Below are positions 8,052-16,801 of a stretch of 64,000 nt of DNA, one piece after another. The stretch is taken from contig JBMHDU010000007.1 in assembly GCA_049889235.1 (NCBI GenBank), positions 82,024 through 146,023 of the forward strand, read 5' to 3'. This DNA comes from Polaribacter sp. (GTDB lineage: Bacteria; Bacteroidota; Bacteroidia; Flavobacteriales; Flavobacteriaceae). Within the stretch, counting starts at the first letter, position 1. The number at the start of each line of letters is the position of its first letter. The position numbers were made by a program, and so were the translations under genes. The notes beneath the pieces were generated by a model. The model ran no database searches and was not told the DNA's origin. It was given only the letters and a program-made list of their open reading frames with translations.

Positions 8052-10394
8052 ATGAGAAAAATTCTATTTTTTTTATTCTTGTGTGCAAGTGTATTTACGC
8101 ACGCCCAATCCTTTACATTTTCCGGAAAAGTAGTCGATCAGAATGACGAAGCGCTAATGGGGGCATCCATTTACGTAAAAGAAATCCGTAAAGGAACGAC
8201 CACCGAAGCCGACGGAACATTTGCTATTCAGTTAGCAAGCGGCGATTACACCATTAGTGTTTCATATTTAGGCTATCAAACCAAATCGTTTGTGATTAAC
8301 CTAAACCGAAATCTAAGTCAGATGATCACCTTAAGTGAATCTGAAAACGTATTGGATGAAGTATTGGTTTCTGCCATTCGTGCCGATGTTTCGATTCCGG
8401 TAACCTTTTCGAACTTATCCAAAGCAGAGATTGCCAAACGAAATTTAGGACAGGACATTCCGATGCTTTTAAATTACCTTCCTTCTGTTTTTTCATCTTC
8501 GGATGCTGGGGCAGGAATTGGATACACCTATATGAATGTGCGTGGATCCAACAGTGAACGCATCAACGTGACCATAAACGGTATCCCATACAACGATGCC
8601 GAAAGTCATGGAACCTTCTGGGTAAACCTAGGTGACTTTGCCTCTTCAACTCAGAACCTTCAATTGCAAAGAGGTGTCGGAACATCAACCAATGGTTCGG
8701 GAGCTTTTGGAGCGAGCTTGAACATTCTAACGGATGCCGTTTCTGAGGAAGGATACGGAGAAATTTCGAATTCATTCGGATCATTCGGAACAAGAAAACA
8801 TACCTTGAAATTCAGTACAGGGAAACTAAACGATCACTTCGAAATCGCTGGTAGACTGTCAAACATTTCCTCTGACGGATATGTAGATCGTGCATTTGCA
8901 GAGTTGCAATCGTACTTCTTACAAGGTAGCTATGTAGATGATAATACCTTAATAAAGGCTATTACTTTTGGCGGAAAAGAACGTACGTATCAAGCGTGGT
9001 TCGGATTGGATGCTACTCAATTAGCACAAAACCGAAGACAAAATCCGTATACCTATGACAATGAAGTAGATGATTATCAGCAAGATCATTTTCAGTTGCA
9101 CTGGAATGAAAAACTAAATGACAGTTGGACTACCAATTTAGGGTTGAACTATACGAAAGGCCAAGGATTCTTTGAGCAATACAGAGCCAATGAAGATGCG
9201 GCAGCATTGAATAATTTAATTGTAGATGGTACCGATGCTATTGTTCGTAGATGGTTAGATAATGATTTTTATGTGATTAATTTTAATACCGATTATAAAG
9301 GAGAAAAATTCAATTTGGTAACCGGTGTATCGCACTCAAACTATACCGGAGATCATTTTGGTGAAGTCATTTGGGGAGCCGATTTAACACCGGGAACCAA
9401 TATTAGAGATCGTTATTATTTCTCGGATGCCAAAAAGACTGATTTCTCGATATTTGCTAAAACTACCTTTGAAGTGAGTGAAAACCTTTCGGGATATGTA
9501 GATCTTCAGGGGCGTTTTGTAGGTTATCAAACGCAGGGATTAACATCAGATCGTATTCCGATTGACATCGATGCGAATTTTAATTTCTTCAATCCGAAAT
9601 TAGGATTCACTTACAATATAAATACCTATAATAATTTATATGCCTCATTTGCCGTAGCTAATCGAGAGCCTAACCGAAATGATTTTGAAAATGGAGTGTC
9701 AACGCCAGAGACCTTACATGATTACGAATTCGGATGGCGTTACCGAACGGCTAAGACAAAAATCAATACCAATGTGTATTATATGAATTATAGAAATCAG
9801 TTGGTATTAACAGGAGCCATTGATAATGTAGGGCAACCCATTCGAGCGACTTCGGGAAGCAGTTACCGTCTGGGTATTGAAATCGATGCTGATTTCGAAT
9901 TGAACAAAAACTGGTTCTGGAAACCGAATCTTGCCATCAGTAGTAATCGAAATCGAGACTTTGTTTCATCAGTTGATGGTACTTTAGAAAACCTAGGAAA
10001 TACGAATTTATCATTTTCGCCAGATGTTATAGCTGGTAACATGATTACCTATGCACCCAATCAAAATTTACAATTCACGTTCTTATCGAAATATGTAGGC
10101 GAGCAGTTCATGAGTAATTTAGGAAGCCGTATTTCTAATGCCGATGTTTTGGACGGATTTTTCACCTCAGATATCAATATTGTATATCAAATCAATCTGA
10201 AAAAGATTTTTAAATCCATCACATTTACCGCATTGATCAATAATATCTTCAATGCCGAATACGTTGACCGTGGCTATTATTATACCTATGATGATACCTG
10301 GTCGAATCCAGGAAGTACAACAACCTTAGATGGGGCAGGTTTTTATCCACAGGCCACGCGCAATTTCTTGTTAGGAGCGACGCTTCGATTTTAA
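8052..10394 (+). CDS. TonB-dependent outer-membrane receptor (TPP-riboswitch regulated; thiamine or thiamine-precursor uptake inferred)
   Basis: Signal peptide MRKILFFLFLCASVFTHAQ starts at 8052. It is followed by a carboxypeptidase-regulatory-like domain (FSGKVVDQNDEALMGASIYV), a plug, a beta-barrel and a terminal aromatic residue (LRF). The track start at 7935 overlaps the riboswitch and is rejected. Confidence 0.9.
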   Translation: MRKILFFLFLCASVFTHAQSFTFSGKVVDQNDEALMGASIYVKEIRKGTTTEADGTFAIQLASGDYTISVSYLGYQTKSFVINLNRNLSQMITLSESENVLDEVLVSAIRADVSIPVTFSNLSKAEIAKRNLGQDIPMLLNYLPSVFSSSDAGAGIGYTYMNVRGSNSERINVTINGIPYNDAESHGTFWVNLGDFASSTQNLQLQRGVGTSTNGSGAFGASLNILTDAVSEEGYGEISNSFGSFGTRKHTLKFSTGKLNDHFEIAGRLSNISSDGYVDRAFAELQSYFLQGSYVDDNTLIKAITFGGKERTYQAWFGLDATQLAQNRRQNPYTYDNEVDDYQQDHFQLHWNEKLNDSWTTNLGLNYTKGQGFFEQYRANEDAAALNNLIVDGTDAIVRRWLDNDFYVINFNTDYKGEKFNLVTGVSHSNYTGDHFGEVIWGADLTPGTNIRDRYYFSDAKKTDFSIFAKTTFEVSENLSGYVDLQGRFVGYQTQGLTSDRIPIDIDANFNFFNPKLGFTYNINTYNNLYASFAVANREPNRNDFENGVSTPETLHDYEFGWRYRTAKTKINTNVYYMNYRNQLVLTGAIDNVGQPIRATSGSSYRLGIEIDADFELNKNWFWKPNLAISSNRNRDFVSSVDGTLENLGNTNLSFSPDVIAGNMITYAPNQNLQFTFLSKYVGEQFMSNLGSRISNADVLDGFFTSDINIVYQINLKKIFKSITFTALINNIFNAEYVDRGYYYTYDDTWSNPGSTTTLDGAGFYPQATRNFLLGATLRF

Positions 10395-10416
10395 TTAACT
10401 CAAAAATAAATTAAAG

Positions 10417-10446
10417 AAGGTCTCTTTTAGTAGAGGCCTTTTTTTA
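10417..10446 (+). terminator. Intrinsic terminator after the TonB-dependent receptor
   Basis: AAGGTCTCTTTTAGTAGAGGCCTT followed by TTTTTT. Confidence 0.7.
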
Positions 10447-10514
10447 TATAAAATGCTTTTTGTAGAAAAAAGACTAACCTAGAAGCTAACAATCAACTCA
10501 CTAAAAAACTTCTA

Positions 10515-11624
10515 TTGGTTAATTTATTCATAATTGGCTATTTACTAATTACCCTCGGTATCGGTTTCTGGGCCTCAAAGAAAATTAAGTCTTCCAACGA
10601 TTTTGCACTAGCCGGAAAAAGTTTATCCATCCCACTTGTCGCTGTGACCTTATTTGCTACTTGGTTTGGCAGCACACAAATAATGGGTAATCCAGGTTAT
10701 TTTATTACAGATGGATTCTCGGCCTACATCTCTTTAATTGTTACTGGCGGAATATGTTTGGTGGTTGTAGGTCAGTTTTATGCCTGGAAATTGTATCAGA
10801 TGAATATCGTCACAATCAATGAATTTTTTAGAATTCGCTACACTAAAAAGCTCGAAATAACTACTTCGATAATCATGGTGTGTTCTTATCCCCACTGGAT
10901 TGCCGCTCAATTTGTGGCATTGGCATATCTTTTTAATACGGTGATGGGCATACCCTTTCATTATGGTATTTTATTAGGGGTATCAATTGTAGTTTTTTAT
11001 ACCTATATCGGCGGAATGTGGGCTGTAGCCTACACCGATATGGTTCAAAGTGTAATGATTTTATTAGGATTAATCATATTACTCGCTCAAGTTTTAGGAG
11101 AAACAAAAGGAGTAACTCCCATATTTTCAAGTCAATCTTCAGAATTTTTCTATTTGACACCAAAAGGAGGCATTGACGAATGGTCTGATTACATTGCTTT
11201 ACTATTGGCATTTACCGCTGGTGCCATTCCGGTACAAGAAATTTATCAACGCGTATTTTCTGCTAAAAGTGAAAGATCTGCCAGAAATGGTTTGTTCTTG
11301 GGGGCCATTCTAATGGTAGTCATACCAAGTATTCCTTTATTAATCGGATTAGGAGGGGTCTATTTCCACCCCGAATTAACCAACTCGGGCAATAGTCAAG
11401 ATATCATTCCAACCTTGGTTAAAACGATGACTAGCATCACTGTTCAAGAGTTCTTTGAACAAGCCACCATTAATCCGAATGCACTTTTAATTAAAGGAGT
11501 TATTTGCGGATATCGAATCGAAGACATCGAACGCAAAACCACTCGTGAAGCTCGATACATGGACAAACTAGTGGACGAATTAGCCAAAGGACGCAAAATG
11601 GAAAAGATTTTACGACAAGGGTAA
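10515..11624 (+). pseudogene. Truncated sodium:solute symporter (SSS family) with an unrelated hydrophilic C-terminal tail
   Basis: TTG start. About 310 aa of typical SSS helices run up to DIIPTLVKTMTSITVQ. The last ~57 aa (EFFEQATINPNALL...DELAKGRKMEKILRQG) are non-membrane. Full-length SSS proteins carry about 13 TM helices in roughly 480-560 aa. Confidence 0.65.
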
Positions 11625-11627
11625 CGA

Positions 11628-12026
11628 CTATCCTCTATTCGTACCTTCTCTATAGGTAGGAATGCCCAATTTTAATTTTCGCTTTATTCTTGGAGTGGGT
11701 TGAAAGTTGATATGAAAACTTTTGATGTCTTTACGTACATCCAAGTCATTTGGACTATTCTTAGCTTTTCCTTTAAACCCAATCTTAAAACGACCAATAT
11801 AATCGAGGTCTACAATACAACCATTAAACAGTTCTCGTTCAATTTGAGAACCTAATGCATGCAATACAGCCAGCACATCGGTCTCAGACAAGGTTGTTGC
11901 TTTGCTAATATGACTACTCATTCGCTCCAAATCAACCACCCCCTTATTCACCGCCTGCATGATGTATTGCTTCTTATTGTTCCCTATACTGTTATTTCGT
12001 TGCGTAATTCGATACCGTAATGCCAT
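11628..12026 (-). CDS. Bacteroidota-type HU-related DNA-binding protein (HU_rel family)
   Basis: 132 aa. N-terminal Y..T.R....G....Y.... pattern and an HU-like core (LERMSSHISKATTLSETDVLAVLHALGSQIERELFNGCIVDLDYIGRFKI). Confidence 0.75.
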   Translation of the reverse strand: MALRYRITQRNNSIGNNKKQYIMQAVNKGVVDLERMSSHISKATTLSETDVLAVLHALGSQIERELFNGCIVDLDYIGRFKIGFKGKAKNSPNDLDVRKDIKSFHINFQPTPRIKRKLKLGIPTYREGTNRG

Positions 12027-12090
12027 TTGATTCGTTTGTTTTTATTATATTAGTCTAAACCCAATATCCATAAGGGTTTACGGACTTCAC

Positions 12091-12180
12091 CTAAAAATAC
12101 TACAATATTTTTTAAAAAGTAGTACAATTTTTATAAAAAATACTAGAATATTTATTTAGAAATAGTAGAATACTACCAAA
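12091..12180. repeat. Four phased 21-22 bp direct repeats, core TA(C/G)TA(C/G)AAT preceded by an A-run
   Basis: Cores start at 12098, 12120, 12141 and 12163, with a degenerate fifth copy (TACTACCAA) at 12171. The array lies 65-150 bp upstream of the HU-like gene start. Confidence 0.75.
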
Positions 12181-12330
12181 TTTCATCAGTACGCGTACCC
12201 AACTCAATCCGTATCCCAACCTAATTACACACTGATGCGCACCTGATTTCGCACTGCAAAAAAAATTCGGCCCGTAAGTATCACCCTTTTTGCTACATAT
12301 TGTTTATCTTCCACTCAAACCCAACTTACC

Positions 12331-13410
12331 ATGAAGATCATCAATGTCATGATTACCGGTACAGGTAGTTTTGTGCCAAAAAACATTGTCACCAATCAGG
12401 ATTTTGCAAAACACAAATTCTTTGATACTGGAGGTGCTCCTTTTACGGCATCTCACGAAGAAATCGCCGAAAAATTTAAAGCGATTACGGGTATCCAGGA
12501 GCGAAGATATGCCGATACCAATATGGTGGCTTCCGATCTTGGTGTCATCGCTAGCAAACTTGCTATTGAAGATGCGGGTATTGATAAAGAAAGTATCGAT
12601 CAAATTATTCTAGCTCATAATTTTGGTGATATCCCCTCTGGTACGATTCAGACAGACATCCTACCAAGTCTAGCATCCCGGGTAAAACAGGGATTGGGTA
12701 TTTCCAATCCGAATTGCGTAGCCTATGATATTTTATTCGGTTGCCCGGGATGGATTCAGGGAATCATCCAGGCCACCGCTTATATTCGATCAGGAATGGC
12801 AAAACGTTGTTTGGTGGTGGCAACGGAAACCTTGTCGCGAGTACTTGATATACACGATAGAGATTCTATGATTTTTGCAGATGGTGCAGGGGCTTGTATT
12901 GTTGAAGCCGTAGAGGGCGAAAAACAAGAAGGTATCATCGGTATGGAAATGGGAACTTGGGCAGAAGACGAAACCTATTTCCTATATATGGGTGAAAGTA
13001 ATACCATCGATGCTAATCCAAAGGTACGTTACATCAAAATGAACGGTCGAAAAATATATGAATTTGCCCTTACGCAAGTTCCGAAAGCGATGAAGTCCTG
13101 CCTCGATAAAGCAGGAGCCAATATACATGATGTAAAAAAGGTTCTGATTCATCAGGCCAATGAAAAAATGGATCAGGAAATCATCAAACGATTATTTCGT
13201 TTGTACCGCGAGCGCAACATCCCAGATGACATTATGCCAATGAGCATCCATAAACTGGGTAACAGCTCTGTGGCCACAGTACCTACCTTATTAGATCAAA
13301 TTCGCAAGGGTACCTCCGAAGAACATCATGAAATTCATAAGGGAGACCTGATTCTTTTAGCTTCGGTTGGAGCCGGAATGAATGTGAATGCTATTGCCTA
13401 TCGGTATTAA
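12331..13410 (+). CDS. 3-oxoacyl-ACP synthase III family (FabH-like)
   Basis: 359 aa. Active-site Cys context FGCPGW, HQAN (His) and GNSS (Asn) motifs of KAS III. Confidence 0.85.
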   Translation: MKIINVMITGTGSFVPKNIVTNQDFAKHKFFDTGGAPFTASHEEIAEKFKAITGIQERRYADTNMVASDLGVIASKLAIEDAGIDKESIDQIILAHNFGDIPSGTIQTDILPSLASRVKQGLGISNPNCVAYDILFGCPGWIQGIIQATAYIRSGMAKRCLVVATETLSRVLDIHDRDSMIFADGAGACIVEAVEGEKQEGIIGMEMGTWAEDETYFLYMGESNTIDANPKVRYIKMNGRKIYEFALTQVPKAMKSCLDKAGANIHDVKKVLIHQANEKMDQEIIKRLFRLYRERNIPDDIMPMSIHKLGNSSVATVPTLLDQIRKGTSEEHHEIHKGDLILLASVGAGMNVNAIAYRY

Positions 13411-13537
13411 GCATGTAATGGGTTCATAAGCCAATTCAAAAAAATTCATTTTTAGTCATTTTTCAATAAAAAACAGCAATTTTTGAATGTTTTTGAAACA
13501 AAAACTATCATTTTTTGCACAAAACTTCGTTTTTCCG

Positions 13538-13545
13538 TAAATTTG
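13538..13545 (+). promoter_or_regulatory. Strong -7 box (TAAATTTG) with a TTG about 20 nt upstream
   Basis: TTG at 13515-13517, a 20-nt spacer, then TAAATTTG. This is the only good TAnnTTTG match in the 537-bp region upstream of rpoD. Confidence 0.5.
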
Positions 13546-13691
13546 CACCGATGAAAAAAAGAGGCAATACTTCACAATTCGAAAATAAAAATCAAACCAT
13601 TTCTAGTTCCATCTTCACAAAGCAACTAGACAAATTTATTCCTCCAGCTTTCTAGCTACTTCCATCAATCATCACCCAACAAAATTTGTAC

Positions 13692-13711
13692 TGATATCAA
13701 ATTTGATATCA
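13692..13711. promoter_or_regulatory. Perfect 20-bp palindrome TGATATCAAATTTGATATCA (candidate operator)
   Basis: The reverse complement is identical. It lies about 240 bp upstream of the rpoD ATG, inside the putative long leader. Confidence 0.4.
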
Positions 13712-13947
13712 TATATATCATTGTGTAAACCAAACTCACATCATGAAACTGATTTACGTTAAACGAAAACAGAAACATCAAAAATATTATTCCAAAAAAA
13801 TGGGAATACTCAACGCCAGAGTAACCACCATTAAAAAATACCTGCTTGGTTTTCCGATACAAACCCTACACAAGTATCGTGAAACCTATTATGGAGAAGT
13901 AAAAAGCTGCCAGGAATGTAATTTATTAAACTAAGCCCAATTCTTAT

Positions 13948-14811
13948 ATGAGACAATTAAAAATCACAAAGCAAGTTACCAATCGAGATACCAGATCCTT
14001 AGAAAAATACTTTCAAGAAATCAGTAAAATTGATCTCATTACTGCCGATGAAGAAGTTGAACTGGCCCAACTAATCAAAAAAGGAGATCGACGAGCCCTC
14101 GATAAACTGGTAAAGGCAAATTTGCGATTTGTGGTTTCGGTTGCCAAACAATATCAAAACCAAGGATTAAAACTATCAGACCTGATTAATGAAGGAAACT
14201 TAGGATTGGTGAAAGCTGCCAAGCGATTTGATGAAACTAGGGGGTTTAAATTCATCTCATACGGTGTTTGGTGGATTCGCCAAGCCATCCTTCAAGCTTT
14301 GGCAGAACAATCTCGTATTGTAAGACTACCTCTTAATAAAATTGGTAGCATTAGTAAGATTAATAAAGCCTATGCGCGTTTAGAGCAACAACAAGAACGC
14401 GAACCGAACTACGAAGAGATTGCCAAAGAATTAGACATGAGCATTACCGACGTAGAGAACTGTATGAAATCTTCAGGACGAAGTATTTCTATGGATGCTC
14501 CGCTTAAAGAGCAAGACGACTTTAGTTTATACAATGTCTTAGAAGCAAAAGAAAGCGTAAAGCCAGATTCCAATATGATAAATCAATCGTTAAAACATGA
14601 AATCAGCAGGGCTTTAAATTCTTTAACACATAAAGAATCCATCGTGCTTCAAATGTATTATGGCATCAATAGAAAGACCTCATCAAGTTTGTCTGAAATT
14701 GGAGAAACCATTAACCTATCACGTGAAAGAGTTCGTCAAGTAAAACAAAAAGCCTTACGACGACTACAATCTCAATCTCGAAATAAAGTCTTAAAAACAT
14801 ATCTAGGCTAA
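13948..14811 (+). CDS. rpoD: Primary sigma factor (Bacteroidota short RpoD/SigA)
   Basis: 287 aa with regions 2-4 recognisable ([26 protein letters not shown], region 4 [17 protein letters not shown]). Confidence 0.95.
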   Translation: MRQLKITKQVTNRDTRSLEKYFQEISKIDLITADEEVELAQLIKKGDRRALDKLVKANLRFVVSVAKQYQNQGLKLSDLINEGNLGLVKAAKRFDETRGFKFISYGVWWIRQAILQALAEQSRIVRLPLNKIGSISKINKAYARLEQQQEREPNYEEIAKELDMSITDVENCMKSSGRSISMDAPLKEQDDFSLYNVLEAKESVKPDSNMINQSLKHEISRALNSLTHKESIVLQMYYGINRKTSSSLSEIGETINLSRERVRQVKQKALRRLQSQSRNKVLKTYLG

Positions 14812-14841
14812 GTAATTTGCCAGTTTTTTGTTTGTAAAGCG

Positions 14842-14875
14842 AATAGTCATTTCCTAGTGAAATGACTATTTTTTA
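14842..14875 (+). terminator. Intrinsic terminator after rpoD
   Basis: AATAGTCATTTC..GAAATGACTATT stem followed by TTTT. Confidence 0.75.
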
Positions 14876-14881
14876 TTTTTG
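14874..14881 (+). promoter_or_regulatory. -7 promoter box (TATTTTTG) for queA
   Basis: TAnnTTTG match 27 nt upstream of the queA ATG, overlapping the rpoD terminator T-run. Confidence 0.5.
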
Positions 14882-14907
14882 CACCCTTAGTTGATTAAAT
14901 CGATCTT

Positions 14908-16065
14908 ATGAGCATTAATTTAGAGGATTATTCGTACGAATTACCAGAATCCAAAATCGCATTACATCCCCCCAAAAAACGCGGAACCTCTAAATTATTA
15001 ATCTATAATAAAGGGACGATTAATCACCATCGATTCGGAGACATTTCAACCCAATTACCCTCCGATACTACCCTTGTTTTTAATGATACAAAGGTGATTC
15101 CAGCTCGTATCATTATGCATAAGGATACTGGAGCACAAATTGAAATATTTTTGTTGGAACCACTTACGCCTTCCACGACTCATGAGGTGGTAATGGCATC
15201 CGTAGGTCAATGTACTTGGAAATGTATGATTGGGAATGCCAGAAAATGGAAAGAGCATACAACCCTGTCGCATCCTACGTTGGATTTTACCGCTACCCGA
15301 ATTGGGAAAAGTGAGGTCTTATTCGAATGGAAAGAAATTGAATTTAGCGAGCTTCTAGAGGAAATCGGAAAGATTCCATTGCCACCATACATCCATAGAG
15401 ATGTAGAAGATGATGACAAGGATCGATATCAAACCGTATACTCTAAAATGGACGGCGCTGTTGCGGCTCCGACTGCCGGATTGCATTTTACTGAAGAAAT
15501 TATTGCGGATTTACGCAACAAGGGAGTACGTGCCGAATATCTAACACTACATGTTTCTGCAGGAACCTTTCAGCCTATAAAAACCGATGATATTACCAAG
15601 CATCCAATGCACAATGAGCAGGTATGGATTCAAAAAGAAACCATCAAATCCCTCATTTCATCGACACAAACCATTGCGGTAGGAACAACATCAATGCGTA
15701 CACTCGAAAGTCTGTATTGGTTCGGAGTTCGTTTGGAAAATGGATTGGATGATTTCTACATCAAACAAACAGATCCATATACGTTTGAGGCCATCGAAAC
15801 CAAAAAGTCTTTAGAAAATATACTTCTTCATATGGAAGAAAGGAATGCAGCGGTATTGGGTGGACAGACAGAAATCTTCTTATATCCGGGATACGACTTT
15901 AAGATTTGTGACGGCTTAATTACCAATTACCACATGCCAAACTCTACTCTTGTTTTATTGATTGCCGCATTTATTGGAGAAGATTGGCGAAAGGTCTATC
16001 AAGAGGCATTGGATAACGATTACAAGTTCCTGAGCTACGGTGATAGCTCTTTATTAATTCCGTAA
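14908..16065 (+). CDS. queA: S-adenosylmethionine:tRNA ribosyltransferase-isomerase
   Basis: 385 aa. N-terminal DYSYELPESKIALHP, PLPPYI, AAPTAGLHFT and a C-terminal FLSYGDSSLL pattern. Confidence 0.9.
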   Translation: MSINLEDYSYELPESKIALHPPKKRGTSKLLIYNKGTINHHRFGDISTQLPSDTTLVFNDTKVIPARIIMHKDTGAQIEIFLLEPLTPSTTHEVVMASVGQCTWKCMIGNARKWKEHTTLSHPTLDFTATRIGKSEVLFEWKEIEFSELLEEIGKIPLPPYIHRDVEDDDKDRYQTVYSKMDGAVAAPTAGLHFTEEIIADLRNKGVRAEYLTLHVSAGTFQPIKTDDITKHPMHNEQVWIQKETIKSLISSTQTIAVGTTSMRTLESLYWFGVRLENGLDDFYIKQTDPYTFEAIETKKSLENILLHMEERNAAVLGGQTEIFLYPGYDFKICDGLITNYHMPNSTLVLLIAAFIGEDWRKVYQEALDNDYKFLSYGDSSLLIP

Positions 16066-16158
16066 ATTAAGTCCATCAAGATAAAAGAATACATATTTAC
16101 TTCAGAACGTCTCGGATTCCGGAACTGGAAAGCTTCAGATCTACCAATATTAATCGAG

Positions 16159-16623
16159 ATGAATACAAGCCCAAAGGTGATGTGTCATTTTCCGAAAACT
16201 TTGACAAAAGAAGAAACCGAAGGATACTTTTCCAAACTCCAGAAGCATTTTGAAGAAAGAGGGTATACCTATTTTGCAGTTGATGTTCTTGATTCCAACG
16301 AATGGATTGGATTTATTGGATTGGCCTATCAAGATTATGTCACCGAATTCTCGCCAGGGGTTGATGTAGGGTGGCGACTACATCCAAAGTATTGGGGTAA
16401 TGGATTTGCCACAGAAGGCGCAAAACGCTGCCTCGAATTTGCATTTGACACATTAGAACTTGATCGCGTATTTGCCACTTGTACCCTATCGAATGAAAAA
16501 TCGGAAAAGGTAATGCAGAACATAGGGATGTCTTATGGAGGTGAATTCCTACATCCCAAATTAACTGATTATCCGAAAATGCAACGCTGTAAATGGTATG
16601 AGATTCAATCAAATACTACTTAA
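16159..16623 (+). CDS. GNAT family N-acetyltransferase (RimJ/RimL-like); the true start is probably upstream of the first ATG
   Basis: Has the WGNGFATEG acetyl-CoA motif. The conserved N-terminal strand (TSERLGFRNWKASDLPILIE) is encoded in-frame upstream of the first ATG. Confidence 0.85.
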   Translation: MNTSPKVMCHFPKTLTKEETEGYFSKLQKHFEERGYTYFAVDVLDSNEWIGFIGLAYQDYVTEFSPGVDVGWRLHPKYWGNGFATEGAKRCLEFAFDTLELDRVFATCTLSNEKSEKVMQNIGMSYGGEFLHPKLTDYPKMQRCKWYEIQSNTT

Positions 16624-16675
16624 AATTCACCTCAATTTTAACAATTGACAAAAAAATAATGCCAGGTGGAAAGAC

Positions 16676-16801
16676 ATGAAGATCTTTATACTAACATCAT
16701 CTGCTATTGTTGATGATATTGAAGTGGCAAATGATTACCAACTTATCGAAGGTGTTTTATTAAAGCCTTTAGATCCTAATAAACTATTAGCTAAGCTTTA
16801 G
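16676..16801 (+). pseudogene. Remnant of a response-regulator receiver domain (C-terminal ~41 codons only)
   Basis: Translation is MKIFILTSSAIVDDIEVANDYQLIEGVLLKPLDPNKLLAKL. It matches the beta4-alpha5 part of CheY-like receivers (ILTSS...KPL). The phospho-acceptor half is absent, with an in-frame stop at 16646-16648. Confidence 0.45.

Noticed and set aside
13743-13934. A 63-aa basic ORF (MKLIYVKRKQKHQKYYSKKMG...) immediately upstream of rpoD.
   Set aside because: Its Lys/Tyr-rich composition is what AT-rich non-coding DNA yields by chance. No recognisable domain and no promoter box. Kept only as part of the long rpoD leader finding.
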